64,000 nucleotides of DNA, taken from NCBI RefSeq assembly GCF_964204645.1, contig NW_027437470.1:9001-73000 (forward strand). Reading direction: 5' to 3'. A program made the translations under genes and the position numbers. This stretch comes from Tubulanus polymorphus. Lineage: Eukaryota; Animalia; Nemertea. The notes under the pieces are model-generated. The model was not told the DNA's origin. It did no database searches and saw only the letters and a program-made list of their open reading frames with translations. Each line of letters starts with the position of its first letter. Positions within the stretch are counted from its first letter, which is position 1. Shown in pieces: positions 23,997-35,000 of the stretch.

Positions 23997-24431
23997 ATGG
24001 AAGATAAAGTTGATAATATTGATATTATTCCTCATGATATAAATAAAACTAAATTGAAAATATATTTAGAAAAACAAATATTAGAATTTGAAAGTGACTT
24101 AAAGATAAAAAAGAAAAAATATTTAAAAAGTAAAATTATATATTATCTTATTATCAGTGGTTCGGTTACAATTAGTTCTGTAATAACATTTCTAGCAATA
24201 TTCAGTCCATTAACACCTTTAGCTATATCAATTGGTGTATTAGGATTAAGTTCAAGTGTTTTAACTGGTATAAGTTCAAAATTAAATATAAAAAGTGATA
24301 AAGAAAAAATTAAAACTTATATAAAAGAAATTAATAAATTGAAGAATACACTAGATTATGTAATAAGTTTAAATGGCCATATAACAGTTGAAGAACAAGA
24401 TAAATTATTAAAAGAATTAATAAATTATTAA
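23997..24431 (+). CDS. Viral two-TM membrane protein with flanking coiled coils
   Basis: Intact 144 aa with a central hydrophobic hairpin IIYYLIISGSVTISSVITFLAIFSPLTPLAISIGVLGLSSSVLTGI. Confidence 0.65.
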   Translation: MEDKVDNIDIIPHDINKTKLKIYLEKQILEFESDLKIKKKKYLKSKIIYYLIISGSVTISSVITFLAIFSPLTPLAISIGVLGLSSSVLTGISSKLNIKSDKEKIKTYIKEINKLKNTLDYVISLNGHITVEEQDKLLKELINY

Positions 24432-24448
24432 TTTTTTTAATTAAATAA

Positions 24449-25834
24449 ATGGTAGATAGTTTTCCAAAAGCTTTCCAATATAATAAATCAATTAAATATA
24501 ATATTCCAGCAATAGATTTCAATAAAGATATTACATATAGAAATGAAGTTTTAGATTCATTAACTAATTTTGAAATTTATGTTACTGAAACTAATAATTG
24601 TAATGCAAAGATGGAAAATATATTTCATGTATATTTAATTAATTTTGAAAAATTGAAAGATGAAAAACAATGGTTATTAAAATCTAATATGAAGTATTGG
24701 CAGAACCAATTAAATTTTGCTGTTTATTGTGCAACAACAGGATGCGGAATTAGTTGGAATGATCATTTGAATAATTCTAAATATAAATTAATTCAAATTT
24801 TATTTAGATTTCATACATACTTTCAAATCAGAATAATATTAAATGAATTAGAGTGCGCTTTACCAGGATCTAGGTATTTTAAAGAATTAGATAATAATAT
24901 TAATTCATCATAGTTTTATAAAATTTATAATGAATTTAATATAGATATAAATAATTCTGATTTTAGAACAAAAATTGGAACAATAAGATCACTTCCTTGC
25001 CCTAAAAAGATTGCAGAATATTGTGCACTTCCCATACCATCTAATAGTTTGTATAATATCTATAGTAATAAATTAGGTTATGGTAAAATAGAAACTAAGG
25101 ATTTAGAAACATTAAATTTCAATAAATTACCGAAATTTTATGATAATTTAAAACAAGAAAACAATAATGGTTGGGTTTATTTCATTTTAGAAAATAATGA
25201 AGGCTTTACAAAATCAGGTATACAAAGAATAAATCAATCTATTAGAACTTATTTGATATGTATTTTAGGTGCGCAAGTTGAAACAAGATCCCCAATAATT
25301 GGAAATTTAAATACATCATTTGATACACAGAAACAATTCAAAGTATTATTTGAAGATTCTATTCATAATGATAAAAATAGATCGATTCCAGAAAACATTG
25401 TAAGATATCAAAATTATTTAGATAAATCGCATATTAAATTAAATTATTGTATAGGCCCTAATCTATTAATTATTTCTAATGATTTAGTATTAAAGATGGG
25501 AAATATAATTGTTTATAATAATCTAATTAAAACTGCAACAATAAATAATTCATTTGGATTGAATGATATAAATAAAAAGATAATTACTGCTCCAAAATTA
25601 ATGGAAGGTGAAAAAAATAAAACATATTTAATCAACAGAAACTAAAACTAATAATATTAAATCAAATAATGATTCTAAAATAAAAGATTACAATACATCA
25701 GAAAATATTAGAACTGATAATATTCAACATGAAATAATTAAACTAAATGATGATAATAAATCCCATGAAAATACTAAATTAGCTTTACCTTGTATAGGAA
25801 TTGTTATAGGAGGAATATTATATTTTAAATTTTA
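24449..25834 (+). pseudogene. Viral protein (WQNQLNFAVYCAT motif) with a C-terminal TM anchor, disrupted
   Basis: ORFs 24449-24913 and 25049-25645 are in the same frame, separated by an in-frame TAG. A frameshift near 25640 leads to ...HENTKLALPCIGIVIGGILYFKF*. Confidence 0.6.
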
Positions 25835-25850
25835 ATTTTTTATTATATAA

Positions 25851-27565
25851 ATGGAAGAAGATATTCCAATGGATACTTTTGGTGACGCCCCCGGTATAAG
25901 TGATGAACCACAACCTGATTTTAATGAAACTAATATTGATAATGATGATGAATCAGCATATAATACTAATTTAGGTGAAGATGATTCTAGTGGGCCTATA
26001 TTATATGATTATGATGAATTTGAATATGATACTGTAACAAGTGAAAAATTAATAGATTATTTAGAATCCCTCGATAAGATAATAATTAAAACTAGGCCAG
26101 ATAGAAAAGATTTAATTAATAGATTAGAAAGAACAGAAAACCCTGAATTGAAAAAAACAATTATTATACATAAAACATAGTGTAACAAATACAGTTATTG
26201 AAGAATTATTACCAAAAAAAGGTAACATATAACATTGAACCAGAAGATATTGCAATACAAATTGTAGAAGATGATCCATTTTTCATGAATAATTTAGAAT
26301 TTAAAAATGATTCATGGTTTTATAAAGTTGAATTAAATAACGAAACTGTATCAATTCAATTATTTAAAATGGGACAAGAAGATCTGTACCATCCTGAAAT
26401 GCGTGCAGGATCTTCAATTGAACGTTCAAAAGGTGGTAGAGAATTTCTCAGAATTATATGGAATGCAATCGATAGAATAAATGAAGAAGAACCAATTCCT
26501 AAAATTGATATTAACAAATATTCACCATTTAAAAATCCAAATTTAAATCCTCCTGATGTTGATCCAGAAATGGAAGAGTATGGAGATCGATTAGATAAAT
26601 TAAGATCTTCAACACCCGAAACATCGAGAAGAGATATTCAACAAATTGATAATGATTCAAGTCAATTACAATTAGTAAAACATTTTGATAGCATGTTAGA
26701 TACAATTCATTCATTTGAAGAAGAGATGAATAGTGCTTTAGATACACCCGGTGCTGAAACTGGAATAAATCGAATACAATCTTTACTAGAAAAAGGATTA
26801 TTTGATTTAAATGATGATGAATTAGAAGCATTTCCTGAACAAGCGCGTAGAGAAATTAAAGGTATGCAAGAATCGGCTGATAAAATTGCGCATGAAAAAA
26901 GTAAAAGAGATATTAGATTTTTAGAAAAAGATAGAACTGATAAAATTAAAGAAATAGAACAACTAAAATTAGAAAGAGATAATAAAGTTATTGAAGAAAT
27001 CGAATTTAAAAAAAGAAATGCGTATTTAGAAAAAGAAAAAGATGATTTAGAATATAACATAGAATTACAAAAAGAAGAAATTAAATTATTATTAAAATCA
27101 TATGATTATAATATTAATAGATTAAAAGTTATTTTTAAAGATTTGTTGATAAAACCAAATTCTGAAATATCATTGAAGGATAGAATGAAATTGTTATTTA
27201 AATTAGAAGGAATAACAATTCTTTCAATTCTAACAGCTGTAACTATGTTATTTACAACAATTGGTTTAGCAATATCAAATGCTTTAAAATCTACTCCTAC
27301 TCCAAATAAACCAGATAAACCCCCGAATGATAATTCTATACAAGATAAAGTTAAAGATGGTTTAAAGAAATTAGCAAAATATTTATGGGAACTATCTAAA
27401 AAATCTGCTGCAGCATTGCCAGGAGTTATTGCATCAATTGTTGGTTTTATATTGAAATCTGCAGGAAACATTATTAACTTTGCTGCTGAACATATTATTT
27501 TATTTTTAATTATAGTTGTAAGTGCAATTATTTTTGGGTTAGTAAACATGATCAAAAATAAATAA
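25851..27565 (+). pseudogene. Large coiled-coil viral protein with C-terminal transmembrane helices, split
   Basis: Acidic N-terminus, heptad-rich middle, TM segments GITILSILTAVTMLFTTIGLAI and HIILFLIIVVSAIIFGLV; break near 26180. Confidence 0.65.
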
Positions 27566-27585
27566 TTAATTTTTTTGTTAAATAA

Positions 27586-28839
27586 ATGAGTGGGAGTTAT
27601 ATCAATCCTTCTAAGAATCATAGAATATCTAATGCTATTAAAGCAGAAAGATCACATCATATAATTACTCATAACCCTTCTAATATTAATCCCGATGAAA
27701 CTTTATATGTTAGAATTCCTCGATTAACACAAAATATTTTTTTATGTTCCAAATAGTATTTATTTATCAGCTGATATCAAAGTAATCGGTAATAATAATA
27801 ATTATGTTGTTGATAATGTTGGAAGATATTTGATTAAAAAATTAACTATAAAGATTGGTCCAGAAACAGTTTTCTCATTAGATGATTATAATTTATTTAT
27901 GCATTATTAAGATTTATGGTTAACAAAAGAAAATAGAAATAATATGATATTTCAAGGCATCCAATCAGAAAACCATAATAAATTAAGATCAGGAGCTAAT
28001 GACGCAATAGTAACTAATGCTGTAGATAAATTGATAAAAAGTATATATGGAAGCAAATATAAAATTCCATTAGACTTTGAATTGATAAATAATAATGCAC
28101 CTTTATATAAATACGCAATTCAAGAAGACGTTATATTCGAAATAATATTTGCTCCTGTAAATGAAATTGTAATATCTAGCGTTAATAAAGATATGAGTTA
28201 TAAATTATCGAATATATGTTTAGAATATGACACAGTAACTGATGAAAATATTTCAGGTATAATTCAATCTCAATACAATCAAGGATTTTCATTATTATAT
28301 GATTATATTGATAAATTTAAAACTGTAACTATTAATGCAAATGATGAAATTATTAATGAGAATATTAACTTCCCAAGAAGATCTATTAAAGGTATATTAA
28401 TATTTTTTACCATTGCAACATATGGCTAACTAATGGCGCAATAAATGTTGATAATTATTATAATCCTGAAATAACAAAAGTAGAAAAAACTATCGAAGGA
28501 ATAGCAAATAAAATATTTTGTCAAGGAATGAGAATGATAGATCAATGGCCAGAAATTAGAAAACATTTTATGAATGAAAAAGTAAAATCATCTGAAAATT
28601 GTAACATTAATCAAATTGATTATTATACCGGTAATAAATACGCATTATGGTTAGATTTTAGAACAACAGAGGATAATTCATTACATGGTTCTGGAAAATA
28701 ACTACAGAACACTAAAGATGGAATACAATTATTCATGACAAAGAATAAAGGAATCAAAAATTTTAAAATGCACATTTATATTATATCTGACGCGCAATTA
28801 AATATTGTAAATTCTCAATTAAATAGTGTTATGTATTAA
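27586..28839 (+). pseudogene. Major capsid protein (double jelly-roll), disrupted
   Basis: Reconstructed ~415 aa: ITHNPSNINPDETLYVRIPRL...NVGRYLIKKLTIKIG...YKIPLDFEL...YKLSNICLEYD...INENINFPRRSIKGILIFF...YYNPEITKV...KYALWLDFRT...LHGSG. Size and motif pattern fit a Polinton-like MCP. Frameshifts near 27740 and 28420; stops near 27908 and 28699. Confidence 0.8.
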
Positions 28840-28871
28840 AATTTTAACTTAAATAAAAATTTATATAATAA

Positions 28872-29771
28872 ATGGAAGGAGGTAAAGTATATAAACATAT
28901 TCCATACATCGATACACATGAAAATAATGATGGTTAATATTATGTAATACCTTGTAATATAGCTTCGATATTTGATCCTATTTTCAAAATTTATAAAACT
29001 AAACTAATAGAAATCAATAATGATAAAAGTGGTGTTGTTGATAATTTAAGTAATGTAATTGATAATAATGTAATACCTACTACATCTAATAATGTAATAC
29101 CTTCTACATCTAATAATGTAATACCTACTACATCTAATAATGTAATACCTACTACATCTAATAATGTAATACCTACTACATCTAATAATGTAATACCCTC
29201 TTCATCAAATAATGTAATACCTTCTACATCAAATAATGAAATAATATTAAATGTTTGTGAAAATAGAAATTATTGTGGATATTGTAAAAGTGAATTTTCA
29301 AACGCTACATCAAATTGGAATAAACATATGAATACAAGGGTACATATAAATAATGTTATAGAACGTGTTGGTTTAAAAGAATTTATAGAACACCCATTTA
29401 GATATTTTACAAAGTTTGTTTCAAATCAAAAAGTAAATGGTGAAAAAATATATGAAGATTTATTATTAGCAACACCTTATAAAGATGAATTAGATCTAAC
29501 CGATGCTAATGAAATATTAGGATCAAACACTGTAAATGAAATATTAGGAGCAAACACTAATACAGATTCTATGAAACATAAAGTAGAAAATAATGATAAA
29601 TTTGATTGGATGAATAAGCATAACAATGAAACAACTATTGATGATGCGGTAAAAAAGGTGAAAAATAAGTATAAAAATAATAGAGAATTTGAAGAAGAAA
29701 ATTCGGTAGAGAATTTGATTAAATTGTTAGGGTCTGATAGTGAATTGGAGAGTGATGATGAAAGTGATTAA
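28872..29771 (+). pseudogene. Viral protein with NNVIPTTS repeats, a C2H2 zinc finger and an acidic tail
   Basis: ATAAATG start, early in-frame stop, YCGYCKSEFSNATSNWNKHMNTRVH finger, continuing into ORF 29328-29771. Confidence 0.6.
29064..29231 (+). repeat. 24-bp coding minisatellite, 7 copies
   Basis: AATAATGTAATACCT(A/T)CTACATCT repeated seven times. Confidence 0.9.
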
Positions 29772-30111
29772 GATATTAATTATATTTAACTCAAATAATA
29801 ATATTAGTTGAAAATTGTATAAAATAATAGTAAATAAAAAAGGGGGTTTTAAGTATTTAAGGTATTTTCAAATAATATGTATTAGATATGTATTATTTGA
29901 AAATACCTTAAATTATATTTCTTTTTTAAATTTATATTGAAACCTCAGTAATAATAAATAACCTTTATTATTTTCAAACTCATTCATATATTAGTTAAAA
30001 AAATAAAAAAGGGGGTTTTAAGTATTTAAGGTATCTAATAGGGTATCAGGTATTAGGGTATCTAATGGGGTATCAGGTATTAGGGTATCTAATACATAGG
30101 TATACAAATAG
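29772..30111. terminator. Convergent intergenic region with a hairpin and direct repeats; candidate bidirectional termination zone
   Basis: Both gene blocks end here. Hairpin TAAGGTATTTTCAAATAAT...ATTATTTGAAAATACCTTA (~29858-29911); AATAAAAAAGGGGGTTTTAAGTATTTAAGGTA occurs twice. Confidence 0.45.
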
Positions 30112-30724
30112 TTATTTTATAAATTTATATTCATAGGGAAATTGTAATCTCAGTAATAATTTTGAACCTTTATTATTCTTTAATTTATTCATATATTCAT
30201 CATGTAATTCAGTAGGTATAATTTGATTTTCTTCCAATGATTGTTGCATAGATTTTCTATCTTTGTTATAAAATAAAACTAGAAATCTTATATTCTCCCT
30301 AAAGTCTTTAACAATTGAATTATATTTTTGATTTAAAACCTATGTTGTTATCCCAAAATGTCTCCCAGAGAAAGCTAGATAACATAACTCACTTTCTCTA
30401 ACTTTTGAATCATGTAAATTTGCGCAATCATCTACAATGAATAATGTATTTGATCCTTTATCAAGTATCAATTGCTATTTTAATACAATTATCTAAATTT
30501 TCTTTTACTGTTTTAGGATCTAATATAATAAACTTTTTCATCTTAACTATATCTCTATTATATGTTTTATTCATTTCATAAGTAGGACAGAATAATATTA
30601 TGTTATCAAAATGATTCTTATAAATAGTTTCTAACAAATCTAATATGAAATGTGTTTTACCACAATTGGTTACTCCAGTTATTAACATATTATGCGGTTC
30701 GAATATGAATAAATCTTTATTCAT
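30112..30724 (-). pseudogene. A32/FtsK-like DNA packaging ATPase
   Basis: Walker A GVTNCGKT. After a frameshift near 30460: Walker B LFIVDD, SGRHFGITT*VLNQKY and RENIRFLVLF. Confidence 0.9.
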
Positions 30725-31835
30725 TTATTCTTTTAATTTTACTAGATAAAATCCATTCATTAAATTTATCATCATATCCTTTATATTTCACCAAAGAATA
30801 CTTTTTTCCTTTAAGAGTTTTTGTTTTCAATACTTTTTCTATTTTGTATTCTATTTCATCTGGATTTGGTACTAGTGATAATTCTTGTTCATAGAAATAA
30901 CCTAATATTTCTTCATCTTTTAGATCTTCTAATTTATAAACAAATGGTTTAGTTAATATTATCTTTTTAATCTTGAATATTTCTTCTGTAAAATTAGGGG
31001 TATAACCTTTATAAAATGTTTTTCTATATTTAGATATTCTGACGTGTTGTCCAATTTTAAATTTAGGTTTGCCGAAATCATGTGTAACAAACGCTCTATA
31101 TAAATTATTCCAAACTATTTCCGAATTATCTTCTTTTCTAGCTTGTATAGGTTTCATATTTATAGAACTATGTTTAGAATTATTATAACCTTTCACTAAA
31201 TCATCTAACACATCGATATATTTATATGTTTCATTAGCAGTAAAATATTTCCACATTCTAGTTTTCAATGTTTTATTAAATCTTTCTATAATAGATGCTT
31301 TTTTATCTGAATGTGTTGAAAAATAATCTACATCGTTATCAGATAATAGTTTTTTGAAATGTTTGTTATAAAATTCCTTACCTTCATCAAATTGTATCTT
31401 ATCTGGAATAGCTTCTTTAAATATAGATTTAAAAGCATTTGTAACTTCTATTCCAGTTTTATTTTTGATTGGAATTGACCATGCGTATCTACTGAATATG
31501 TCTATAACATTTAATATCCAGAAATATCCTTTGTTGTATTCCTCTAAGTTCTTCATGTCAATTAAATCTGCTTGCCATTGTTGATCGATATATGAAACCA
31601 TAACTTTTCTTGTTAAATAAGTTTTATCCATTTTCTTGTGGATTTGATATGTTGGTTGATTTTGTAACCATGATTTTAATTCACTATATTTTATATCACC
31701 ATGTGGGTGCCATACGGCACCATCACCATTTTCATTATCAGATTTAATTTTATTCCATAATTCTGAAACGTTAGAATATGATACTTCACTTTCTGGGTTA
31801 TAATATAACTCTCTTAAATATTGTTCTTTTTTCAT
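30717..31835 (-). CDS. int: Retroviral-type (rve) DDE integrase with C-terminal chromodomain
   Basis: WQADLIDM, IQFDEGKEF and IIERFNKTLK supply D-D-E; chromodomain YKIEKVLK...LVKYKGYDDKFNEW. ORF intact. Confidence 0.95.
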   Translation of the reverse strand: MKKEQYLRELYYNPESEVSYSNVSELWNKIKSDNENGDGAVWHPHGDIKYSELKSWLQNQPTYQIHKKMDKTYLTRKVMVSYIDQQWQADLIDMKNLEEYNKGYFWILNVIDIFSRYAWSIPIKNKTGIEVTNAFKSIFKEAIPDKIQFDEGKEFYNKHFKKLLSDNDVDYFSTHSDKKASIIERFNKTLKTRMWKYFTANETYKYIDVLDDLVKGYNNSKHSSINMKPIQARKEDNSEIVWNNLYRAFVTHDFGKPKFKIGQHVRISKYRKTFYKGYTPNFTEEIFKIKKIILTKPFVYKLEDLKDEEILGYFYEQELSLVPNPDEIEYKIEKVLKTKTLKGKKYSLVKYKGYDDKFNEWILSSKIKRINE

Positions 31836-31841
31836 CTTATT

Positions 31842-32201
31842 TTAATCCATTAATAATAATCTTGGTTTATTTTCAATGACTTTATGATTTGACTTATTTT
31901 CTGGTATGATAGGTTTATTGTCATTGGAATCATATTTATCATCAGATTTGAATTTTGATTTATATATTACACCGGATAATATAATAACTGTTACTAATCC
32001 AATTGTAATATATAATTTATAAATACTTCCAGCATTAGAAGAATTAGATGGATTATTATTTGAATCAATATCAGGTGATTCATTTATATCAGTTAATTTC
32101 TTTTTCTTAGCTTTTTTTAATTCTGAAGATCTTTTACCTAATTCTCTTGCCAATTTAATTTGTTTCTCGGATCTAGCCTTTTTCTTAACGCTATCACTCA
32201 T
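31842..32201 (-). CDS. Small basic protein with a single TM helix
   Basis: Lys/Arg-rich N-terminus and LYITIGLVTVIILSGVIY helix; ATAAATG start. Confidence 0.6.
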   Translation of the reverse strand: MSDSVKKKARSEKQIKLARELGKRSSELKKAKKKKLTDINESPDIDSNNNPSNSSNAGSIYKLYITIGLVTVIILSGVIYKSKFKSDDKYDSNDNKPIIPENKSNHKVIENKPRLLLMD

Positions 32202-32202
32202 T

Positions 32203-32807
32203 TATTTTAGTTAATTTTTGTTCTGATTCATTTTCTGTTTCGACGTTTGGTTGTAGTACAGCGTCATCTGTTTCGTTCTTACCTGATTTATATTCCATAG
32301 GCTTGATATTCGAAAATGTTATGACGCCAGTAGAAATTAATGTCATAACCGATCCTAATTGAAATGAAACATATCCAACCCATAAGTCATCTAGCCATTA
32401 GTCATAACTAAGTAGTCATTTTTCAAATCACTATATAATTTATTTTCATCATCAATTGGTATTAACTGGTTACATAACTTAGAATAACATTTGACAATAC
32501 CATCTGAAATAGAATCATTTATTCTAGCTAATCTAGCTTCTTCATAAATCTTAAAATATTTTATTACTTTATCGGGTTTCATAGCATCTAATTCTTGAAA
32601 AGTAATCATTTTCCCGATAAACAGATTACATTTCCCGCCAGCAATTAATAATTCTAGATGGTGTTTACAATATAAATAGTATTCATAATCAATATTACAA
32701 TTAACTTGAGCACAATTAGTTACAACTGTATCTTTATTATCACTTATACCCAAATCATCTAACGTTTTTTCAATATCAATACTATTCTTATTAGATTTCT
32801 TTGACAT
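32203..32807 (-). pseudogene. Viral protein with a C-terminal hydrophobic segment, frameshifted
   Basis: 138-aa ORF stops near 32391; another frame continues LDDLWVGYVSFQLGSVMTLISTGVITFSNIKP. Confidence 0.55.
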
Positions 32808-33847
32808 TTATATTAGAGAAAAAAGCGAAAAAAAAAATCAGTATTATAAAATGATACCAGTATCTCTTTAGATTAATACTAGCTTAGTTAAAGGTAAAGA
32901 ATTTTAGTATTAGTTATTGTTTTTTTAGTATTTTTTATTTGTGATATAAAGTATTCTCTTTTGAAAAGAATTGTAAAAGAAAATATCAAAAATTAAAATA
33001 GAAATAATGGCTAGTTGAAGTTATTGTTTTTTAATATATTTTATTTGAATTCTATTTGATATCTCACTACTTTTGTTTATCTATTAGGAGCAGTAATTAT
33101 AACTGAAATGAAACATATCCAACCCATAAGTCATCTAGCCATTAGTCATAACTAAGTAGTCATTTTTCAAATCACTATATAATTTATTTTCATCATCAAT
33201 TGGTATTAACTGGTTACATAACTTAGAATAACATTTGACAATACCATCTGAAATAGAATCATTTATTCTAGCTAATCTAGCTTCTTCATAAATCTTAAAA
33301 TATTTTATTACTTTATCGGGTTTCATAGCATCTAATTCTTGAAAAGTAATCATTTTCCCGATAAACAGATTACATTTCCCGCCAGCAATTAATAATTCTA
33401 GATGGTGTTTACAATATAAATAGTATTCATAATCAATATTACAATTAACTTGAGCACAATTAGTTACAACTGTATCTTTATTATCACTTATACCCAAATC
33501 ATCTAACGTTTTTTCAATATCAATACTATTCTTATTAGATTTCTTTGACATTTATATTAGAGAAAAAAGCGAAAAAAAAAATCAGTATTATAAAATGATA
33601 CCAGTATCTCTTTAGATTAATACTAGCTTAGTTAAAGGTAAAGAATTTTAGTATTAGTTATTGTTTTTTTAGTATTTTTTATTTGTGATATAAAGTATTC
33701 TCTTTTGAAAAGAATTGTAAAAGAAAATATCAAAAATTAAAATAGAAATAATGGCTAGTTGAAGTTATTGTTTTTTAATATATTTTATTTGAATTCTATT
33801 TGATATCTCACTACTTTTGTTTATCTATTAGGAGCAGTAATTATAAC
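32360..33847. repeat. Exact 744-bp tandem duplication inside the Polinton
   Basis: 32360-33103 equals 33104-33847; identical 138-aa ORFs at 32391-32807 and 33135-33551; TG microhomology at the junction. Confidence 0.93.
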
Positions 33848-33859
33848 TGTCCAGATAAG

Positions 33860-34540
33860 TCATTTCGGATCCTTGATATCAAATTCCTCAACATATTGTT
33901 CATTATTTGGATCATTGTTCCATTGATCAATAAATTTCTTTGCCTTTGTTAACTGTTCTAAATATAACTGTAAATCTAGTTTATTAGATTTGATTTGATT
34001 TTCTTTCTTTTCTAAAGGCCTTAAATTTTTCCAACCCCAAATAAGTTTTTTATTGTATTCATCATTCATGTTAAATTTATATATTGGTAACACGTGATCA
34101 ATATGGTAATAATCCCCATAATTATCTATATTCATTTTATCATCGAATTGAAATATAATCCATGATTTGAGAAATTCATCTGAACAACCCAACAAATTAG
34201 ATAATGTTTCTGAATGTGTTTCTTTGTTGAATAATTGTGTTAATCTAGATCTTAAGCATTGTTTCAATCTAAAATTAAGATCTGTTTGATATCTTCCTCT
34301 CATATATTCTGCCATAGAATAATTATAATGTTCTATATTATCTTCTCGATATTGTTTGGTATATAGTTTAGTGCAAGTTTTACAACAATATTTAAAACCA
34401 TCTTTGCTAATCTTACGCTTGCTAAATTTTGTTAAAGCTAATTTATCTAATTCACATTTAGAACACTTCTTGTAATATATATTTATAACACCAGCAGTGT
34501 TATTTGTAATATTGATAATTTGTGGTTGTTCTGGTTCCAT
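33860..34540 (-). CDS. HNH/endonuclease VII-like protein of the type common in NCLDV genomes
   Basis: Zinc ribbon CSKC...DGFKYCCKTC, then LGCS...FQFDDKMNIDNYGDYYHIDHVLP...WKNLRPL...ENQIKSNK. ORF intact. Confidence 0.8.
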   Translation of the reverse strand: MEPEQPQIINITNNTAGVINIYYKKCSKCELDKLALTKFSKRKISKDGFKYCCKTCTKLYTKQYREDNIEHYNYSMAEYMRGRYQTDLNFRLKQCLRSRLTQLFNKETHSETLSNLLGCSDEFLKSWIIFQFDDKMNIDNYGDYYHIDHVLPIYKFNMNDEYNKKLIWGWKNLRPLEKKENQIKSNKLDLQLYLEQLTKAKKFIDQWNNDPNNEQYVEEFDIKDPK

Positions 34541-34684
34541 TTATTATATGTATTTTTTACTAAATTGGTTAATATTTTAGAATCCTCTTCCATTTCTTCG
34601 ACCAACGTCATCCTTTTTCATTCCTCGCTGCTTTTGATAAGTTGTTTCGATTCCTTGATATCTAAATCATACCAGTTACAATAC

Positions 34685-35000
34685 CCGCGTCACATGCGGA
34701 CATACAGGAGCGCTTTTGCTTAATGCGCATGCGTTAATCATAATTATATATTCATTCTATAAATTCTGTAAAATAGAAACAACACATGCGTTACATGCGT
34801 CACATGCGGCCATTTATGGCCGGTTTTGCTTAATGCGCATGCGTTAATCATAATTATATATTCATTATGCAAATTCTGTAAAATAGAAACAACTGAACAT
34901 AGAAAATTCAAACGCATTCATGTCCTCGTCACATGCGTTACATGCGTCACATGCGGCCATTTATGCGCGCTTTTGCTTAATGCGCATGCGCTTATCATAA
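34685..35000. repeat. Degenerate tandem repeats with CACATGCG and TTTTGCTTAATGCGCATGCG motifs
   Basis: Three copies of TTTTGCTTAATGCGCATGCG (near 34714, 34823, 34971) and several GTCACATGCG copies. Confidence 0.75.

Noticed and set aside
26529-27621. Minus-strand ORFs within the Polinton (also 17652-17948, 21161-21343)
   Set aside because: They are antisense shadows of the plus-strand genes and lack the ATAAATG start.
21472-28701. Alternative genetic code or programmed readthrough to explain the in-frame stops
   Set aside because: All three stop types occur alongside frameshifts and TIR divergence, so neutral decay is the simpler explanation.
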